Below are positions 32,075 through 33,396 of a DNA stretch of 33,396 nucleotides, piece by piece. Position numbers and translations under genes: made by a program. The number at the start of each line of letters is the position of its first letter. Within the stretch, counting starts at the first letter, position 1. The notes below the pieces were generated by a model. It worked only from the letters and a program-made list of their open reading frames with translations. It did not search any database and was not told the DNA's origin. The stretch is from Octopus sinensis. Lineage: Eukaryota. The DNA is taken from assembly GCF_006345805.1 (NCBI RefSeq), contig NW_021831898.1, forward strand, positions 1-33,396. Direction: 5' to 3'.

Positions 32075-32700
32075 ATGAGTGGAAGCCATCTGGATATTGG
32101 GAAAGAGTTATTTGTATCATGATGATTTGCACCGTCAAAATGCAGACATCAAGATTGCTGCACAATGCTCTGTAAACACTGTAAAGGTTGTAGAATGTGA
32201 TAGGGATAGTTGCAACGAAAACTATGAGGCTGGGGTCAGCAGAAAGGGACACAGCAAGCATTCTGACTGCATCCATCCACACACTGGAATTCATCCAACA
32301 ATTGTGAGATAGATCCAAGCTTTGGTGAGACCGTTGGGTGTTGGAGGTGCCACTATGAAGCTGACTCTGAATTAGGACCTTCATTATCGAGAGGCACATC
32401 GGACAAATTCTACAGCTTGACAAAGGCAAAGAAGCTCTTGAAAAAGCTTGAGGTATCCTGTTGAGCTGGTAATAATCTAGTTCTTCTCAGATGTAAAACA
32501 ACTTCTGCCAGGAGCAGTTCCACAGTTCAACCTAAAACAACAGGTTGCTTGTCTACAATCCAGGTGATGTCCAGTGTAACAAGCCAGGTCCACCCAACTA
32601 TGATGGTCTTTGAGTATGGTTCCAGTAACGGTGATGTCATGCTGCTTTCCCCACACCTTTGAACAGTCTTGGGCTCATTTCAGACACGATATCTTGGTCA
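32075..32700 (+). pseudogene. Degraded IS630/Tc1/mariner transposase, related to 17404-18000
   Basis: DIKIAAQCSVNTVK..YEAGVSRKGHSKHSDC, FFSDVK, MMVF..SNGDVM. Confidence 0.68.
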
Positions 32701-32897
32701 CTTGCACTCTCTGTGAGGCTCCAATATCTGAAGATTATTTCTCACCATATTTTCTTGGGTCTACCCTTTCCACAGGCTCTCTCCACAATTAGAAATCAGC
32801 ACTTTTTTATGCAGCTGTCCTCATCTATATGCATCACATGACCACACCAGCACAATCTTCTCTCTTGCACACATCTAATGCCTCTTATACCCAATTA
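32701..32897 (-). mobile_element. Old RTE ORF C-terminal fragment
   Basis: Degenerate match to about 19540-19710 (TTTTCTTGGGTCTACCCTTTCCACAGG..CTCTCTTGCACAC). Confidence 0.65.
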
Positions 32898-32948
32898 TAA
32901 TATGAATGTTATCAAATGTGGATTAGTTGTGTGCTACGTTGCTTACCT

Positions 32949-32949
<1 letters not shown>

Positions 32950-32990
<41 letters not shown>
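32950..32990. repeat. (AC)n(AT)n microsatellite
   Basis: Visible directly in the sequence. Confidence 0.9.
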
Positions 32991-33396
32991 TAGTAAATCC
33001 CAAAAAGAACAACAAACACAAAAAAAAACAACAATGTGAGGATGAGGTACATGTAAAGTATTAACAGACACTCAAGGAAGGAACGAAAGATGGTTTAACG
33101 TTTCAAACAATGCTATCTATGTATGTACATGCAAATAACATGAAATATGCAAACAATGAGAAAAAAATGGAAAACAGGACAAGTTAATACAGAGAAAGGA
33201 CCCTTCATCAGTTGTTGGCTGTCTATTTACTACTCATTTCGAGCATTCAACGACAATATGAGTCTTCAAAGACAGTTGCTCCCATAAATTCTAAAATAAA
33301 ATTTAGGATTTATGGAGGGTAAAATTTGAGAATTAAAAAATGACAGTGGTGACATACAAGGAAACGAAATGAAAATGAACATGGAGGGTTGTTAGG
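32991..33396 (-). mobile_element. Possible Penelope-type terminal segment
   Basis: The minus strand has CTGATGAAGGG (33211 downward) and GAAACGTTAAA (33104 downward; the same 11-mer as 3186-3196). It then runs through a T-rich stretch into (TA)n, like 3200-3297. Confidence 0.35.

Overview
This is eukaryotic, almost entirely repetitive DNA with no host gene, rRNA, tRNA or CRISPR array that I can support. The repeat content resembles an octopus/coleoid cephalopod genome, which is my recognition rather than a search result. Positions 1-17.4 kb are co-oriented AT-rich minisatellite blocks alternating with retroelements: two inverted copies of one CR1/L2-group LINE (one apparently full length), a second CR1/L2-group LINE, a Penelope-like element with a hammerhead-like motif, and RTE fragments. 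Positions 17.4-20.75 kb hold Tc1/mariner and RTE fragments, including one 5'-truncated RTE with an open 434-aa ORF. Positions 20.75-27.36 kb are the 5' part of a Helitron (minus strand) in which one 69-bp/23-aa STPR-like coding repeat has amplified to about 80 copies. Positions 27.4-33.4 kb look like ordinary intron or intergenic DNA with old RTE, hAT MITE, SINE and Tc1 remnants. The most notable items are the repeat-expanded Helitron ORF, a LINE ORF1 with Myb/SANT-like + polyQ + two CCCH fingers, and the Penelope hammerhead. Many frameshifts look like long-read consensus indels, so pseudogene calls are provisional. All translations and alignments were done by eye and coordinates are approximate unless a motif is quoted.
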